Assembly: GCA_951406725.2 (NCBI GenBank)
Contig: OX597823.1
Coordinates: 40,052,001-40,116,000 of the forward strand
Direction: 5' to 3'
Length of the DNA stretch: 64,000 nt
Source: Octopus vulgaris
Taxonomy: Eukaryota
Shown: piece after piece, positions 1 through 15,272 of the stretch
Layout: the number at the start of each line of letters is the position of its first letter
Numbering within the stretch: the stretch's first letter is position 1
Notes under the pieces: generated by a model
Databases searched by the model: none
What the model was told of the DNA's origin: nothing
The model's input: only the letters and a program-made list of their open reading frames with translations
Program-made: the position numbers and the translations under genes

Positions 1-416
1 AATAATCTAACGAGTGTTTCCTGTAAAAGTGAAAATGTTTTGAAAGTGGTCAAACGATAAAAACATTAAAAAAATTTAAAAAATTATTTCTATGATCCAA
101 TGTGCTTAGTTCAAGGGGACAATTAATTGAATGAGTGAGGCATTTGCGACATTCGCAAAATTGTGATTGTGTTAGAGAAAACGAGCGAGCGAGAGAGAGA
201 GAGAGAGCGAGCGTGGGACAGAGGAAGCGAGAGGTTTTTAGCAAGGTTTATAGTATTAGATATCAGATGAAAAGAGACGACTTGTAGTTGAAGATGTAGT
301 TCGATGCAATATAATAAATTAAAACAAACAACAACAAAAAAAAATGTGCGCATGGGGGTGGGATACAAGAGGAAATCTTGCCTCATCTTCATTCATAAAG
401 AATGTTTAATTACTGG

Positions 417-511
<95 letters not shown>

Positions 512-610
512 CCTACCTACCTACCTATCTATCTATTTATCTATCTATCTCTATACATGCACAAATACATACTTGTGTATCTACCCATACCATCTCTCTC
601 TCTCTGTATG

Positions 611-642
<32 letters not shown>
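417..642. repeat. (TATC)n followed by (TA)n microsatellites
   Basis: Directly visible tandem repeats; source of the YLSI/IYIY pseudo-ORFs. Confidence 0.97.
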
Positions 643-647
<5 letters not shown>

Positions 648-822
648 TAAATATTAGGGAATAAATCCAAATTTACAGGGAAAAAAATCAGATTTAGGAT
701 TAAATCCAATTTTATAGTAAAATATTATAAAATATTATTAGAGACAAAACCACTATTTTGCAAAACAAACAAGGAAAGACTTAATCAATACATAAAATTT
801 TAATAAATAGTCAAAAAAACCG

Positions 823-865
823 CCACTACAATCGTTTCTTGTCTTGATCGACAATCTTCAGGTGG
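823..865 (-). ncRNA. Minimal type-I hammerhead ribozyme (H1)
   Basis: Reverse complement of 1493-1535. Confidence 0.8.
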
Positions 866-1358
866 ACTTCCAATCGTGGAATATCTGTAAATCCTTCAGG
901 CTATATATCGTGGATACTCATATCATCATGGATTTCTGATGGAGTCATGCCTTCCAAATGAAGGTACATTATGACAGCAAGATACTCAGTTTTCTCCATT
1001 TTCCTTGTAATCTCGACACTTGTTTATTGAAAAATCTTATGACCATTGCCAGGAAAACTTTCAGCGACGCTATCCTTCCACTTGTATAGTTATGATCTAT
1101 TCTCTCCCTCTGTGATGTGCGCGTGTGTTTATTTTGGGTAGAAAAGGAAACAAATGACCATCAGATCATGTAGAAGTCTGTAAGTCCTTGCGTGTAATCC
1201 TGAGTATATTCATTTTCTACCCAAAATAAACACACGCGCACATCACAGAGGGAGAGAATAGATCATAACTATACAAGTGGAAGGATAGCGTCGCTGAAAG
1301 TTTTCCTGGCAATGGTCATAAGATTTTTCAATAAACAAGTGTCGAGATTACAAGGAAA

Positions 1359-1457
1359 ATGGAGAAAACTGAGTATCTTGCTGTCATAATGTACCTTCAT
1401 TTGGAAGGCATGACTCCATCAGAAATCCATGATGATATGAGTATCCACGATATATAG
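1359..1457 (+). pseudogene. Mariner-like transposase N-terminal fragment carried inside the inverted repeat (mirror copy on - at ~901-999)
   Basis: Translates MEKTEYLAVIMYLHLEGMTPSEIHDDM, resembling the mariner N-terminal HTH start (MEKxExRAVIKFxxLxGxTPxEIH). Confidence 0.6.
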
Positions 1458-1492
1458 CCTGAAGGATTTACAGATATTCCACGATTGGAAGT

Positions 1493-1535
1493 CCACCTGA
1501 AGATTGTCGATCAAGACAAGAAACGATTGTAGTGG
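1493..1535 (+). ncRNA. Minimal type-I hammerhead ribozyme (H1)
   Basis: ccac-CTGAAGA-ttgtc(gatcaa)gacaa-GAAAC-gatt-GTA-gtgg: stem I ccac/gtgg, intact core, 5-bp stem II, minimal stem III, GUA cleavage triplet. Confidence 0.85.
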
Positions 1536-1622
1536 CGGTTTTTTTGACTATTTATTAAAATTTTATGTATTGATTAAGTCTTTCCTTGTTTGTTTTGCAA
1601 AATAGTGGTTTTGTCTCTAATA

Positions 1623-1662
<40 letters not shown>

Positions 1663-1697
1663 CATACACACACACATATATAATCAACCAATCTTCA

Positions 1698-1739
<42 letters not shown>

Positions 1740-1740
1740 A

Positions 1741-1773
<33 letters not shown>

Positions 1774-1775
<2 letters not shown>

Positions 1776-1837
1776 AGGTAGTGATATTGAGTTAGACATG
1801 GCCTGGGCCTATACTGGCCGAAACCTATCAAAGTTAT
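1774..1837 (+). mobile_element. Very short 3'-end fragment of the CR1-like LINE family also at 58435-59998
   Basis: caggtagtgatattgagttagacatggcctgg...gaaacctatcaaagttat matches the reverse complement of ~58435-58505; follows (TA)n. Confidence 0.55.
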
Positions 1838-2241
1838 GCCCACTTATATATATATCTACCTTATATCTTTGCCAAACTACTACATCAATTATCTGCCTTA
1901 TCTATATACATATTTTACACGTCTAGGTTAGCAATGTGAGTTATCTTAGATGTCTTACCTGTGGCCGTGCAATGGCTGGGACCTTGTGATATTTCATTTA
2001 GTCCAAATAAAAAGAAGAATAAAAGCAGTTTTATATCCATCGAGAGTTGACGCTAATAAAACAACTTTTTTCGTAAGTCCATTTCGATTTGAAGCTAATT
2101 ACATCTGTTTGACGGGTCGGTCGGTCGGTTGGTGGGACTGTGAGAAGTCGGTCGATTCTGATTGGTTAAAAAGTAAAGAAAGAAAGACAGAGAGAAAGAG
2201 TAAGCGTAAAAAGAAGTACAGAAACGACAACGGGATAGCGT

Positions 2242-2320
<79 letters not shown>

Positions 2321-2740
2321 AAGGAGGAAAAAAGAAAGATTTATAAATATATATATATAGAAGGGGTGATTAATTTAGGGAGAAAGAGGGGGGTGTTGCG
2401 TAGAAATGTAAGAACGATGAAAATTTGAAAAGTAAAACAAACGATGTGTTTTTTTAGGGTTGAAGAATGGAAAGAGCGGGACAACGAAGCGGTAAGGAAG
2501 AGAATAAGCGAAGGAAGGAAGAATAAAAGAGACGTATTATCAGTGAAATGTAAAATACGAGAGGTAAATGTATATACGGCGTTAGAGAGAAAGGTGGGCG
2601 TCACGCTACAGGTAGTGCGTGTGCATGTGTACACGCGTTTGTTTATGTGTACATGTGCGTATGTCTGTTTTGTATATCTATGTATCAACCTATCTGATCA
2701 CACACGCACTCTCTCTCTCTCTCTGTATAAATATATATAA

Positions 2741-2772
<32 letters not shown>

Positions 2773-2774
<2 letters not shown>

Positions 2775-3135
2775 AGGCGCAATGGTCCAGTGGTTAGGGC
2801 ATCGGACTCACGGTTTCGATTCCCAGACCGGGCATTGTGAGTGTTTACTGAGCGAAAATATCTAAAGCTCCACGAGGCTCCGGCAGAGGGGTGGGGTGGT
2901 GAACCCTGCTGTACTCGTTCACTACAACTTTCTCACACTCTTTGTTTCTGTTGTACCTGTATATAAAAAGGGCCAACCTCGTCACACTCTGTGTCACGTT
3001 GAATCAACCCGAGATCTACCTTAAGGGTACACGTGTCTGTGGAATGCTCAGCCACTTCCACCTTTAATTTCACGAGCAGGTTTTTCCGTTGATTCGATCA
3101 ACTGGAACCCTCGTCGTCGTAACTGACGGAGAGCC
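2773..3135 (+). mobile_element. tRNA-head SINE, family S1 (other copies 32552-32931 -, 56163-56531 -)
   Basis: A-box-like TGGTCCAGTGG and B-box-like GGTTTCGATTCC; three homologous copies in the window; ends in (CA)n. Confidence 0.85.
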
Positions 3136-3365
<230 letters not shown>

Positions 3366-3384
3366 TCCCTTCACAGTGTTTACC

Positions 3385-4755
3385 GTTTTACAAAATCAAA
3401 CTAGAAACTGGACAAAACAGAGGACACAGTTGAAAAAAATTAAAAAGAAAAAAGAAAAAAAAGAGAGAAAGAAAAAAGAGAAAAATAAATGATAAATATT
3501 GAAGCTATCGAACTACACTAAGGTTTTTTCATACTTAGGAATTACGTCTCGATCCCTAAGCTTCTATATTTACTCAGTTTCCCATCGTGCCTCCATCGCT
3601 TCGACAACCTAGTTCATTGAGAAATTCGAATGCTTAGTCAATGTCAGACTCTCTCCAACGTCCCGCGATCAGGCTGCATTGCCCAAGCGATTTGGAGGTC
3701 TTGGTCTTCGTAAATGTTCGTCCCTCTCCCCTGCTTTCTTTCCACCACCCACGCTTGCTCCACCCTGGTGAGCAAATCCTCTCCCCTCCAACATGGACCA
3801 GTTCCAACAGGGAGTTGGATGAAGCTCTCTAGCACTGGAGGGAATTGGGCTTTTCTGCTCCTGAGGTGGAAGACTGTCGGAGACAGAGAACTTGGGACAA
3901 CATAATTTCAAAGGCCATCTTCGACTCTCTCTTCATCCAGTCGGACCAGTTCAAGGCGCCGCTTACTGTCTGCTAGCGCCAAATACTCAGGTGACTGGAT
4001 TGATGCCATCCTTGTGGCTAATGTTAGTGGCCTACTCAGCTTGGACGAACTTCGTGTCTCCATTGCCCTCAGAGTGGGAGATGACGTACGCACGGGTTTG
4101 ATCTGTCGTTGTGGCAGGCTCCTTGATTCCACAGGCCTCCATGGCTTTTCTTGCCGCTTGAATGCTGGTCGCTTCGCGCATATGAAGTTGAACCTGATAC
4201 GTAAGAGGAGCTTGGCCTGGGCAACATCCCCTCCATCTTGGAACCATCTAGATTGTCCAGATGTGATGGGAAGAGAGCTGACAGCTTCACTCTGTGCCCC
4301 TGGTCGCAAGGCAGATGTTTTGTCTGGGATGTCACAGTTAGCGACTCCTTTGCTTCTTCTCACATCCCTGATGCTTCGGTCAGGGCGAGATCCACAACTT
4401 CTGCGCCCGAGCGAAACAAAATCCTGAAATACCGCGATCTGTCGGCCAACTACATTTTCCATCCTGTGGCGCTTGGGACATTTGGTGGAGTCGGACCACT
4501 GGCAACTCGCCTTGCAGAGGTAACTGGTGAGGTTCGTGAGAGCGCTTGACTGCTCCAGTGCATCAGCTGCGAGCGTGCTGGCGTGTCTCAGTAGCCATTA
4601 GAAAGGTTTCCCAGCGCTCCCAACTTTTCAACCCAAGGTGGTGAATTGTTTTTTCTCCTTTGTTCTCCTTTTTCTTTCTCTTTTTTTTTCTTTTTCATTT
4701 TTTCAATTGTTTTCTGTTTTGTCCAGTTTTCTAGTTTGATTTTGTAAAACAGTAC
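3385..4755 (+). mobile_element. CRE-clade-like non-LTR retrotransposon 3' fragment (zinc knuckle + restriction-like endonuclease), frameshifted
   Basis: ELRVSIALRVG..CRCG..GLHGFSC..AGRFAH..LN; EPSRLSRCDGKRADSFTLCPWSQGRCFVWDVTVSD; KILKY..FHPVALGTFG are CRE-type CCHC/RLE motifs; T-rich 3' UTR. Confidence 0.75.
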
Positions 4756-4764
4756 ACACACATT

Positions 4765-5145
4765 CTGTTATTCTATTGTTTCAAAAATTTAACTGCGGCC
4801 ATACTGAAGCACCACCTTCAAGGGTTTTAGTGAAAGAAATAAAACCCAGGATTTATTCTTTATAAGCCTAGTACTTATTCCATCGGATTCTTTTGCCGAA
4901 CCGTTAAGTTACGGGTATGTGAACACACAAATATTGGTTGCCAAGCGATGGTGCGGGAACGACCGCACACACACACACACACAATGAACTTTTTTCAGTT
5001 TCCGTCTGCCAAATCCATTCATAAGGCTGTAGCCGGCCCGAGGCTATATAGTAGAAGACACACTTGCTCAAGGTGTCACGCAGTGGGACTGAACCCGGAA
5101 CCAAGTGGTTTGGAAGCAAGATTTTTACCACATAGCCACGCCTAT
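4765..5145 (-). mobile_element. tRNA-head SINE, family S2 (full copy 49031-49400 +; partial 7195-7378 +, 29210-29410 +, 61330-61640 -)
   Basis: Homologous to 49031-49400; internal (CA/TG)n; B-box GGTTCAGTCCC. Confidence 0.8.
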
Positions 5146-5209
5146 ACATAGGGTGCGATGGGCAAATCATCACCATTTTGGCTGAGTCAATTTCATCGAT
5201 TTGAGTGCT

Positions 5210-5690
5210 CAATCGCTACTTTATTTTATTGATCACGAATGAATGAAAGTCAAAGTGGACCTCAGCGGAATTTGAACTCCCGGCGTGCTAGCAATTCTTC
5301 CAGCTCGCCTCTTTAATGATAAGAATAATTATCCTTTCTGTTATGGACACAAGGCCTGAAAATTTGGGGGAGGAGACTAGTCGATTTCATTGACCCCAGT
5401 GCTCAACTGGTACTTAATTTATCGACTCCGAAAAGACGAAAGGCAATGTCGACCTTGATGGAATTTGAACTCAGAACATTACGACGGGCGAAATACCGCT
5501 AAGCATTTCGTCCAGCGTCCTAACGATTCTGCCAGCTCGCCGCCTTAATACTACTACAAATAATAAACCTTTCTACTAGAAAGGCCAGAAATTTTGGGGG
5601 AGGGGACTAGTCGACTCCAGTTCCTTAATGGTACTTATTTTATTGACTCCGAAAGGATAAAAGGCAAAGTCGACCATAGCATAAAGACCC
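5210..5690 (-). mobile_element. Cluster of ~3 copies of SINE family S3 (others 15972-16188, 45283-45495, 46148-46362, 48057-48462, 57835-58030 on -; degenerate + copies ~25720-25870, ~26140-26350)
   Basis: Shared AGGCGGCGAGCTGGCAGAATCGTTAG head, GAGTTCAAATTCC B-box and GTCGACTTTGCCTTTCATCCTTTCGGGGTCGATAAA body; usually ends in (ATT)n. Confidence 0.85.
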
Positions 5691-6365
5691 GAAAACCGCT
5701 TCAAATTATGCCCAAAAGTGAGCAGTTTTGAGGGGAGGGGTTAAGTAATTACTTGACTGATTTTCTTTAATTTTTATAGAGCCCTTCCCCGGAAGGACGA
5801 AAGGAAATGTAAAGAGCTGGAAGAAATACTGCAAGAAATTTTATCCGGTGCTCTCACTATAATAAATGAGAATTTGATAAGTAGCATGGGTTCAATAATC
5901 TTAAGAAAGATATAACCGCTTGATCTAATCCGCAAGATGATTACATAATAACTCATAGATTGCGAAAAGATAAAAAGAAATATTGACCCAGCCGGGATTC
6001 GAACTCAGTACCTGACGGGGGACGAAACGAAGTCCCTAGATATAACTTATCTTTTTGATGATAAAATTACAATGCAGAGGAAGGAAATAGAAAGACGATA
6101 AAAATCTGAGAAGAAGACAGAGATAAGGAGTTTATTAGAGAACTTGAAAACCGGAAATGTAATCAGGTGTAATACAAGAGATAGATAGGTAGGTAGATAG
6201 ATAGATAGATAGATAGATATATAGATAGATAGATAGATAGATAGATAGAGAGGGTGGACGTGCATAATGACAGGTGTCAAGAAGAGTATATACAGGTTTG
6301 TGTTTACCTAGAACTGTCGAATTTCGTCTAAACTGGTACAGCATCAGGGCATTTATTATTATTAC

Positions 6366-6405
<40 letters not shown>

Positions 6406-6586
6406 TTATATCTTACCTCACTCCACTCCCTATTATATTCTCTATGTTATCTGGTAGCGATGCTAGGCTTCACGCTTTTACACATAGACACACGCGCTTC
6501 CTCACAAACACACAAACACATACACAGTTACATCCTATCTACCCAAAATACATACCTTCATAGATGCAATTACATGAGCATTACAA

Positions 6587-6693
<107 letters not shown>

Positions 6694-7028
6694 TTATCTA
6701 TCTATCTATAGATGTTTGTTTTCGTTTCGTTTGTTGTATGTTTCCACTATCCTGTTTTTGTTACCAACTTTGACCCTCCGCACATCCCAAATTTTATTTT
6801 GGTTCGCAGGAGCACCTGTTTTTCGATGATTCCATATTGTAGTTAATTGCTCGAAATGTGGAGTAGATGAACAGCCTACAACTGATGAAGGGTCGTTCTT
6901 TATGTTACTTGTCTTGTTTTCAATTTGTTTCTTTCGTTGTTCGCATGCCCAAGGTTTGCGTTCGTATTTCATGTTGTTTTTGTATTTCATGTTGTTCACG
7001 TTTTGTGACGTCCTGTACACATATATGC

Positions 7029-7077
<49 letters not shown>

Positions 7078-7139
7078 TATGAACGTATGTACTTAAATGT
7101 ATGTATATATGCATATATATGTACATATTGTATATATAA

Positions 7140-7189
<50 letters not shown>

Positions 7190-7587
7190 GTTTGTGTGTT
7201 TGTCCCCAACCATCGTTTGACAACCGATGATGGTGTGTTTGCGTCCCCGTAACTTAGCGGTTTGTCAAAAGAGACCGTTAGAATAAATACCAAGCTTACA
7301 AAGTTCTGAGGTTCATTTGTTCGACTAAAGGCGGTGCTCCAACATGGTCGCAGTCAGATGATTGAAACAAATAAAAGTATTATATTTATATAAACACAGG
7401 AGGTTGTATTTTCCAAAATGGAGGCTGATGCCTTTTTCTGTGTGATCGGCCTGAAAAATTGTTTGGATATTAAGATATTTTCCTTCTTTTCTTTATATGA
7501 AACCAATGGCAGCCTTCATTTACAAATAAAGAAATTATATCCACCAATGCGGTGTTGGTGTACTTATTTTCATCGTTCGACATTTAC

Positions 7588-7639
<52 letters not shown>

Positions 7640-7647
7640 CATTCTGG

Positions 7648-7694
7648 ATCACAACTACCCGATGAACGGAGATGTGAAACAGTTTTTTGGTGAT
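7648..7694 (+). ncRNA. Degenerate hammerhead-like motif in a ~165-bp element between (TA)n tracts (7637-7800)
   Basis: CCGATGA-ac(ggagat)gt-GAAAC-aGTT with distal atcac/gtgat pairing; U4 to C change and weak stems. Confidence 0.35.
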
Positions 7695-7793
7695 GCTTTG
7701 CAAATTGAATAATAAAACATATTACTCTACTTCCGATATTCGAGTACTATTTTTCGCACCTTGTTTCACATTTATGTGCTTACTCGGGTATGT

Positions 7794-7878
<85 letters not shown>

Positions 7879-7887
7879 TGTATATAC

Positions 7888-7942
<55 letters not shown>

Positions 7943-7948
7943 CATATG

Positions 7949-7994
<46 letters not shown>

Positions 7995-7997
7995 CAT

Positions 7998-8093
<96 letters not shown>

Positions 8094-8289
8094 GTCTATA
8101 TATATATATATATAGCGGCGGTGCATCAGCATGGCCGCAGCTCTAAGCTGAAACTAAAAAAAAAAAGAAAAATATATATATATTGTTATATTTGGGGACG
8201 GTCATGTAGCCAGTTTAGCCAATGAAAACACACGCACTGTATATTTGGTGCTCACTTGCTTCAGCTTTATTTTATATCAATTGTATTTC

Positions 8290-8333
8290 GGCCAAAGTTC
8301 TTTCGTCACACTTCTGTGACCAATCAGTGGTCC
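8290..8333 (-). ncRNA. Degenerate type-I hammerhead ribozyme
   Basis: Minus strand ggacca-CTGATTG-gtcac(agaagt)gtgac-GAAAG-aa-CTT-tggcc: stems I and II good, G8A9 altered. Confidence 0.5.
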
Positions 8334-8832
8334 TTTGCTTCTTTCTTTCTTTTTCGTGCTTCTCCTTACTAAATATCTGCCACTTTGCATTCCTGTTAAA
8401 TGTGTGCTTATTTACTTATTCGTATATCCCCGTGTATCTTTATTTGCGCATGCGTATATCCCTGTATGTCTATGTTTAGTAAGTATCTGTGTGTGCGCGC
8501 GCACGCACGCACACACGCACACACACACACACACATGCACATATATATACTTGTATCTTAAGATGGTAATTCAACCAATAAGAAATAGTCAATTAGATGA
8601 CAGAACCGGGATTAATCAAACGATCGATTAGTTAACTGGTTAATTGGATATCTAATCGATTAATAAAAATTAAAGAACTGAAATAGAAACAGTGGCTGTG
8701 TTTCTTATTGGCCGAATGACAGTCCCAAGTTAGAACAATTGCCGTTTCAGGAGATGATTTTACATGAAGAATTTCGCTAACAGAAAAACGAAGTAATATG
8801 TGCGTATTTGTGTATGTCACTATTCAGTTTTT

Positions 8833-9378
8833 GTATGTATGTATGTATGTATGTATGTATGTATGTATGTATGTATGTATGTATGTATGTATGTATGTAT
8901 GTATGTATGCATGTATGTATGTATGCATGCATGTATGTATGTATGTATGCATGCATGTATGTATGTATGTATGTATGTATGTATGCATGCATGCATGTAT
9001 GTATGTATGTATGTATGTATGTATGTATGTATGTATGTATGTATGCATGCATGCATGCATGCATGTATGTATGTATGTATGTATGCATGCATGTATGTAT
9101 GTATGTATGTATGTATGTATGTATGTATGTATGTATGTATGTATGTATGTATGTATGTATGTATGTATGTATGTATGCATGCATGTATGTATGTATGTAT
9201 GTATGTATGTATGTATGTATGTATGTATGTATGCATGTATGTATGTATGTATGTATGTATGTATGTATGTATGTATGTATGTTTGTATGTATGTATGTAT
9301 GTATGTTTGTATGTTTGTATGTATGTATGTATGTATGTATGTATGTATGTATGTATGTATGTATGTATGTATGTATGT
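8833..9378. repeat. (TATG)n/(CATG) microsatellite
   Basis: Direct observation; source of MYVC/HTYI pseudo-ORFs. Confidence 0.97.
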
Positions 9379-9778
9379 ACAGCTCAGATGCTACAGCATA
9401 ACAGACCGGATCTAGTGGTGGTGGACATGGTGCACCACATATGCTATATAGTTGATGTTGCATACCTTTTTGACCCACGAATAGTCTAGAAGGAAGGCGT
9501 AAAGATAGGTAGCATGGCTATGGAAAATGAAGAAGTGCCAATTACTGTTGTGCCCTTGGGAACAGTATCAGAAGGAATCAATAGTAATGTAAAGGAAATT
9601 GAAATAGAATACTCAGTAGATCTGTTACAAACGTTTGCCTCCTTGGCACAGCCAGAATAATCAGGAAAGTATTAGACAGCTGTAAAGAAGGGGTGACATG
9701 GTACCGCAGGCTGCAGGTAGGAAGCCCACTACGCATGCAAGACTCCAGGAGCTCCAAAAAAATGTGATAAAAAGAAGA

Positions 9779-9845
<67 letters not shown>
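9379..9845 (+). mobile_element. R4/Dong-like RLE retrotransposon 3' fragment with (TAA)n tail
   Basis: HNRPDLVVVD..CYIVDVAYLFDPRIV, VPITVVPLGTV, LGTARIIRKVL; followed by (TAA)n. Confidence 0.7.
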
Positions 9846-10305
9846 CTAAGAGCACTCAGAGAGCGCCAATCACCACCAAGTCAACACCATTGTCCTCTCA
9901 ACGATTAACCGGAAATGGTGTTTAAAATGAGAATATCTGAAATAAAATCAAGTACTCTCACCAACGAGAATACTAAAAATGAGCCCGACCGCTCTCAAAC
10001 TGAAAAATAATCTAATTCTAATATAATAATGAGCGTTGTGTTTTTATATATTTGTATATATATATATATATGTGTGTTCAGAAACACGTCGGTCGTAGAG
10101 GAGGAGGGAAAATAATAATTCAGAGAAGGAAAAGTAGTGAGAGTAATAACCCTGACTGAGAGAGAGTGAGAGAAAGTAATAGCAATGAGAGAAAGGAAGG
10201 GGTGAAAAAAAATCAGCGTTTCCTCTCTGCGTGAGAATGTGTGTATGTGAGTGCCTGTACAAGGCAAGTATGTAAATGTTTGATGTGTGATTATTATGTA
10301 CCTAA

Positions 10306-12025
<1,720 letters not shown>

Positions 12026-12699
12026 TATATATAAAAATACTACAATTGGCCGTCATTATTGACTACAGGTCGTCAGCTAGTATATATACATATTCAGCGA
12101 GAGATGAAAGAAGAGGAAATGAAATACCAATAAAGTGAAGGAGAATTAGTAAGAGTAATAGCCATGACTGAGAAGGAGTGGGAGAAAGTAATGACAATGA
12201 GAAAGACGAAACGAAGTGTCAAAGAGAGCGTCGTATGAAAGGAAGCAGGAATAGATGAATAACGAAAGGAGTGAAAAAGCCGATAAACCTCGTTTGAAGT
12301 GTGAGTGTATGGGTGTATAAAACAGAGGTATGTTTGCGTGCGTGTGCGTGTGTGTGTATGTGTGTATGTGCGTGTGTGTGTGTGTACAATGGAAATGGGA
12401 TGGTAATGTTTAACGCTGAAAAGGCGTGAGCATATGTGTGACTGTGTATGTGTGTACAAGAGAACTATGTGAAACTTTACATGTAAAGTAAAAAGAATCG
12501 GAAAAACAACGTAGAATCCTTGTCCGGTACCGGACCGATCCCAACATCTAATGAGACCGTGCCAGTCAAAAGGTCAAACATCCTTGAAAGTTCATCCGAA
12601 TCCATCCAGCGGTTCTTGAGATATCTTGTCCACGGACAAACAAGCAAACAAAGACAACTGAAAACAATACCCCCACCTTCACTAAGGCGGAGGTTAAAT

Positions 12700-12760
<61 letters not shown>

Positions 12761-13275
12761 CTGAAGGAGCGCAAACCTCCGCCAAGGCAACACTAACATC
12801 CGCACAATGATTAGCCAAAGATGATTTTTAAAATGAAAATATCTGAAATAAACTCGACTGCTCTCACAAACGAGAATACTAAAAATGAACCCGACCGCTC
12901 TCAAATATTAAAAAAAAAAACAAAACAAAACAAAACAAAACACGGAAAAATAATCCAAGATCCTTGTCCAGAACCGTGTCGATCCCAATGGTAATCATAG
13001 AATGTGAAGGTGGCTGTAGAAAATTTAGTAACAGTAATACATAGTTTATCCTTATCTAATGCAAGCCAAAGTTAATAAAATAACCATTCAAAATAGTTTC
13101 AAAGGCGGAGGTAGTAATAATAAGTTTTACTCAGGAATTTTTAAATGAATGGCATGAGACGTTTTAGTTTTCTCTTCTCTTAAATTCCGGCCTTCCTTTT
13201 GTAGATTTTAGATCAATGTATAGATGCACGTATATATGTAAGTACTGTAAAGTGTTAATATGTATATATAATATA

Positions 13276-13955
13276 TCTATAATAATAAATATCAAAACGA
13301 ATTTCTGTGTGTCGGTGTGTCACAGTTTGACCCCCCACCTCTGATTATTTAATGGCACTTCAACTACTCCTCTTGCTGGGGTGAGAGTAACTGTAGGAAT
13401 AGAGACAGTGAGGGCAGTAGTAGATTGACAGTTGAGATGGTAATGGGGTGATAGTAACAGTATGAGCTGTAGCTGTGATAGAGGCGGAGGCGACGGTGAT
13501 GATAGTGGCGGTGGTGGGGGTGGTAGCTGAGGCGGTCAAGCATGACGGTGATAGTGAGGGATGTGAAAGACAGTGGTGATGACGGTGGAGGGGAAGGCGG
13601 CGAAGTCAAAGGTGTTGATGATGGTGGTGGTATCAGAAGTCTGAATGGTGTGTGTATGGCAGTTGTGGTGGCGATGGTAATGGTGATGGTTGAAAACAAT
13701 CAATAGAGAGAGAAAGAAATAGGTTAGGCAGAAAAACAAATTGTACTGACCCCGAATGGGAAGACAAAAATGTTGTTTATCATGAAACTTTGCAATAAGT
13801 TCCAAGTCGACATATTATATCATTCATTGTTTTGACGAAAATTGTTCCTTGCTTGAAAAATATTGGTCAAGTTTAATAAAATTTAATATATACCCAATGC
13901 ATGAAGTGTCATTATTGGGCTCAAGGCCCAATGAAGAGCCCTCTACAAGAGCTAG
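13276..13955 (+). mobile_element. Putative non-autonomous Helitron
   Basis: Starts TCTATAATAATAAA; ends GGGCTC..GAGCCC hairpin then GCTAG; internal (GGT/GAT)-rich low complexity. Confidence 0.5.
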
Positions 13956-14379
13956 CTTTAAAATATGTTAAGTCTTATTTAATGTCTGAACGGTTTTGCT
14001 GACGTTTGTTTATGTAGTTTGATTTCTTTATCCGTCAATTTCTATCAAGATAGAGACGCGAGTAAAATTAATAATAGAGAAATGAAAATAAAACTTTGGA
14101 AACGGCCTAAAGGGAGATAAATGAGAAAAACTTGAAAGTCAGCGTAAGATCGTAATCATGTAAGGTAAAGTAAATATAACAAATAATCCAGAATCCTTGT
14201 CCGGTACTGGATCGATCCCCAAATCTAATCAGTTCGTGCCAGTCACGGGGCCAAGCATGCCTGAGAGTTTCGTTCGAATCCATCCAGCGGTTCTTGAGAT
14301 ATCTTGTCCACGAACAAATAAACACACAAACACGACGGAAAACAATAAGTCCGCCTTCGCTAAAGCGGAGGTAATAATG

Positions 14380-15173
14380 ATAAGGGACAGAAGGTATTAT
14401 CAGGAGGGTTTTAAGCACTTGAAAGACAGCCAAAAACTTGTGGATACCTATGGTTACAGGTAGTAACCCGTTACCCACACAAATCCTACCAGGAATAAGA
14501 CGGAACCCAAGCGACAAATACAGAATGTGTGGTGAGAGGGGTGAAACGGTATGGCACATCGTTAGTGAATGCCCAAAATTGGCGCAACACGATACAGACA
14601 ACGCCATGACAATGTGGCAAGAACAATCTATTGGGAGCTCCGTGGAATGCACGGCCTACAAAGAGCAAAGACGTGGTATGAACAAACCCCAGAAGGAGTC
14701 AACGAAAATGAGAACTGTAAAATGCTATGGGATGTAATGATGCAGTGCGATCACCTGACCAGATATAGGAAACCGAACATTGCTGTGGTGAATAAAAAAG
14801 AAAGAACATGTATGATAATTGATATAGCATGCCCCGGTGACAACGGGATAAATGTGAAAGAAGAATAAAAAATAAACAACTACGACGATTTAAAGAGGGA
14901 AATACGAAGGTTGAGGTCAATGAAGAGAGTAGACGTGATACCAATAGCATTTGGGGCACTTGGAGGTATCAGCACTCAGCTACCAACATGGCTGAAAAAG
15001 ATCGGTGCAATTGTGAAAGTAGAACACCTACCAAAATCAGCATTGCTTGGAACTGTAAAAGTTCTTCGCAGGGTTCTGAAGCATGACCAATAAACAAGTG
15101 TCACCTTAGTCTGCTGGCCGTGGACAACTGACACTTTTCATCATACCCAGCAAAATAAGCTGTGAGTTTTCAC

Positions 15174-15230
<57 letters not shown>

Positions 15231-15272
15231 GTAATAATAATTATAATAATAATAATAATAATAATAATAACA

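Larger units (their letters stand above)
643..1632. mobile_element. Fold-back, hammerhead-containing PLE-derived element (family H1) inserted in (TA)n
   Basis: Perfect inverted repeat 726-1145 / 1213-1632 (420 bp arms, 67 bp spacer) plus an unpaired 643-725 tail; (TA)n on both sides; same terminal sequence recurs at 50161-50520. Confidence 0.8.

Noticed and set aside
2773-2835. tRNA genes at SINE heads (also 49031, 50036, 56531)
   Set aside because: A/B boxes present but they continue into SINE bodies; no complete cloverleaf.
6825-6900. CTGATGA and CTCGAAATGTGGAG as another hammerhead
   Set aside because: Core halves are in the wrong order or lack supporting stems; at most a deleted remnant.
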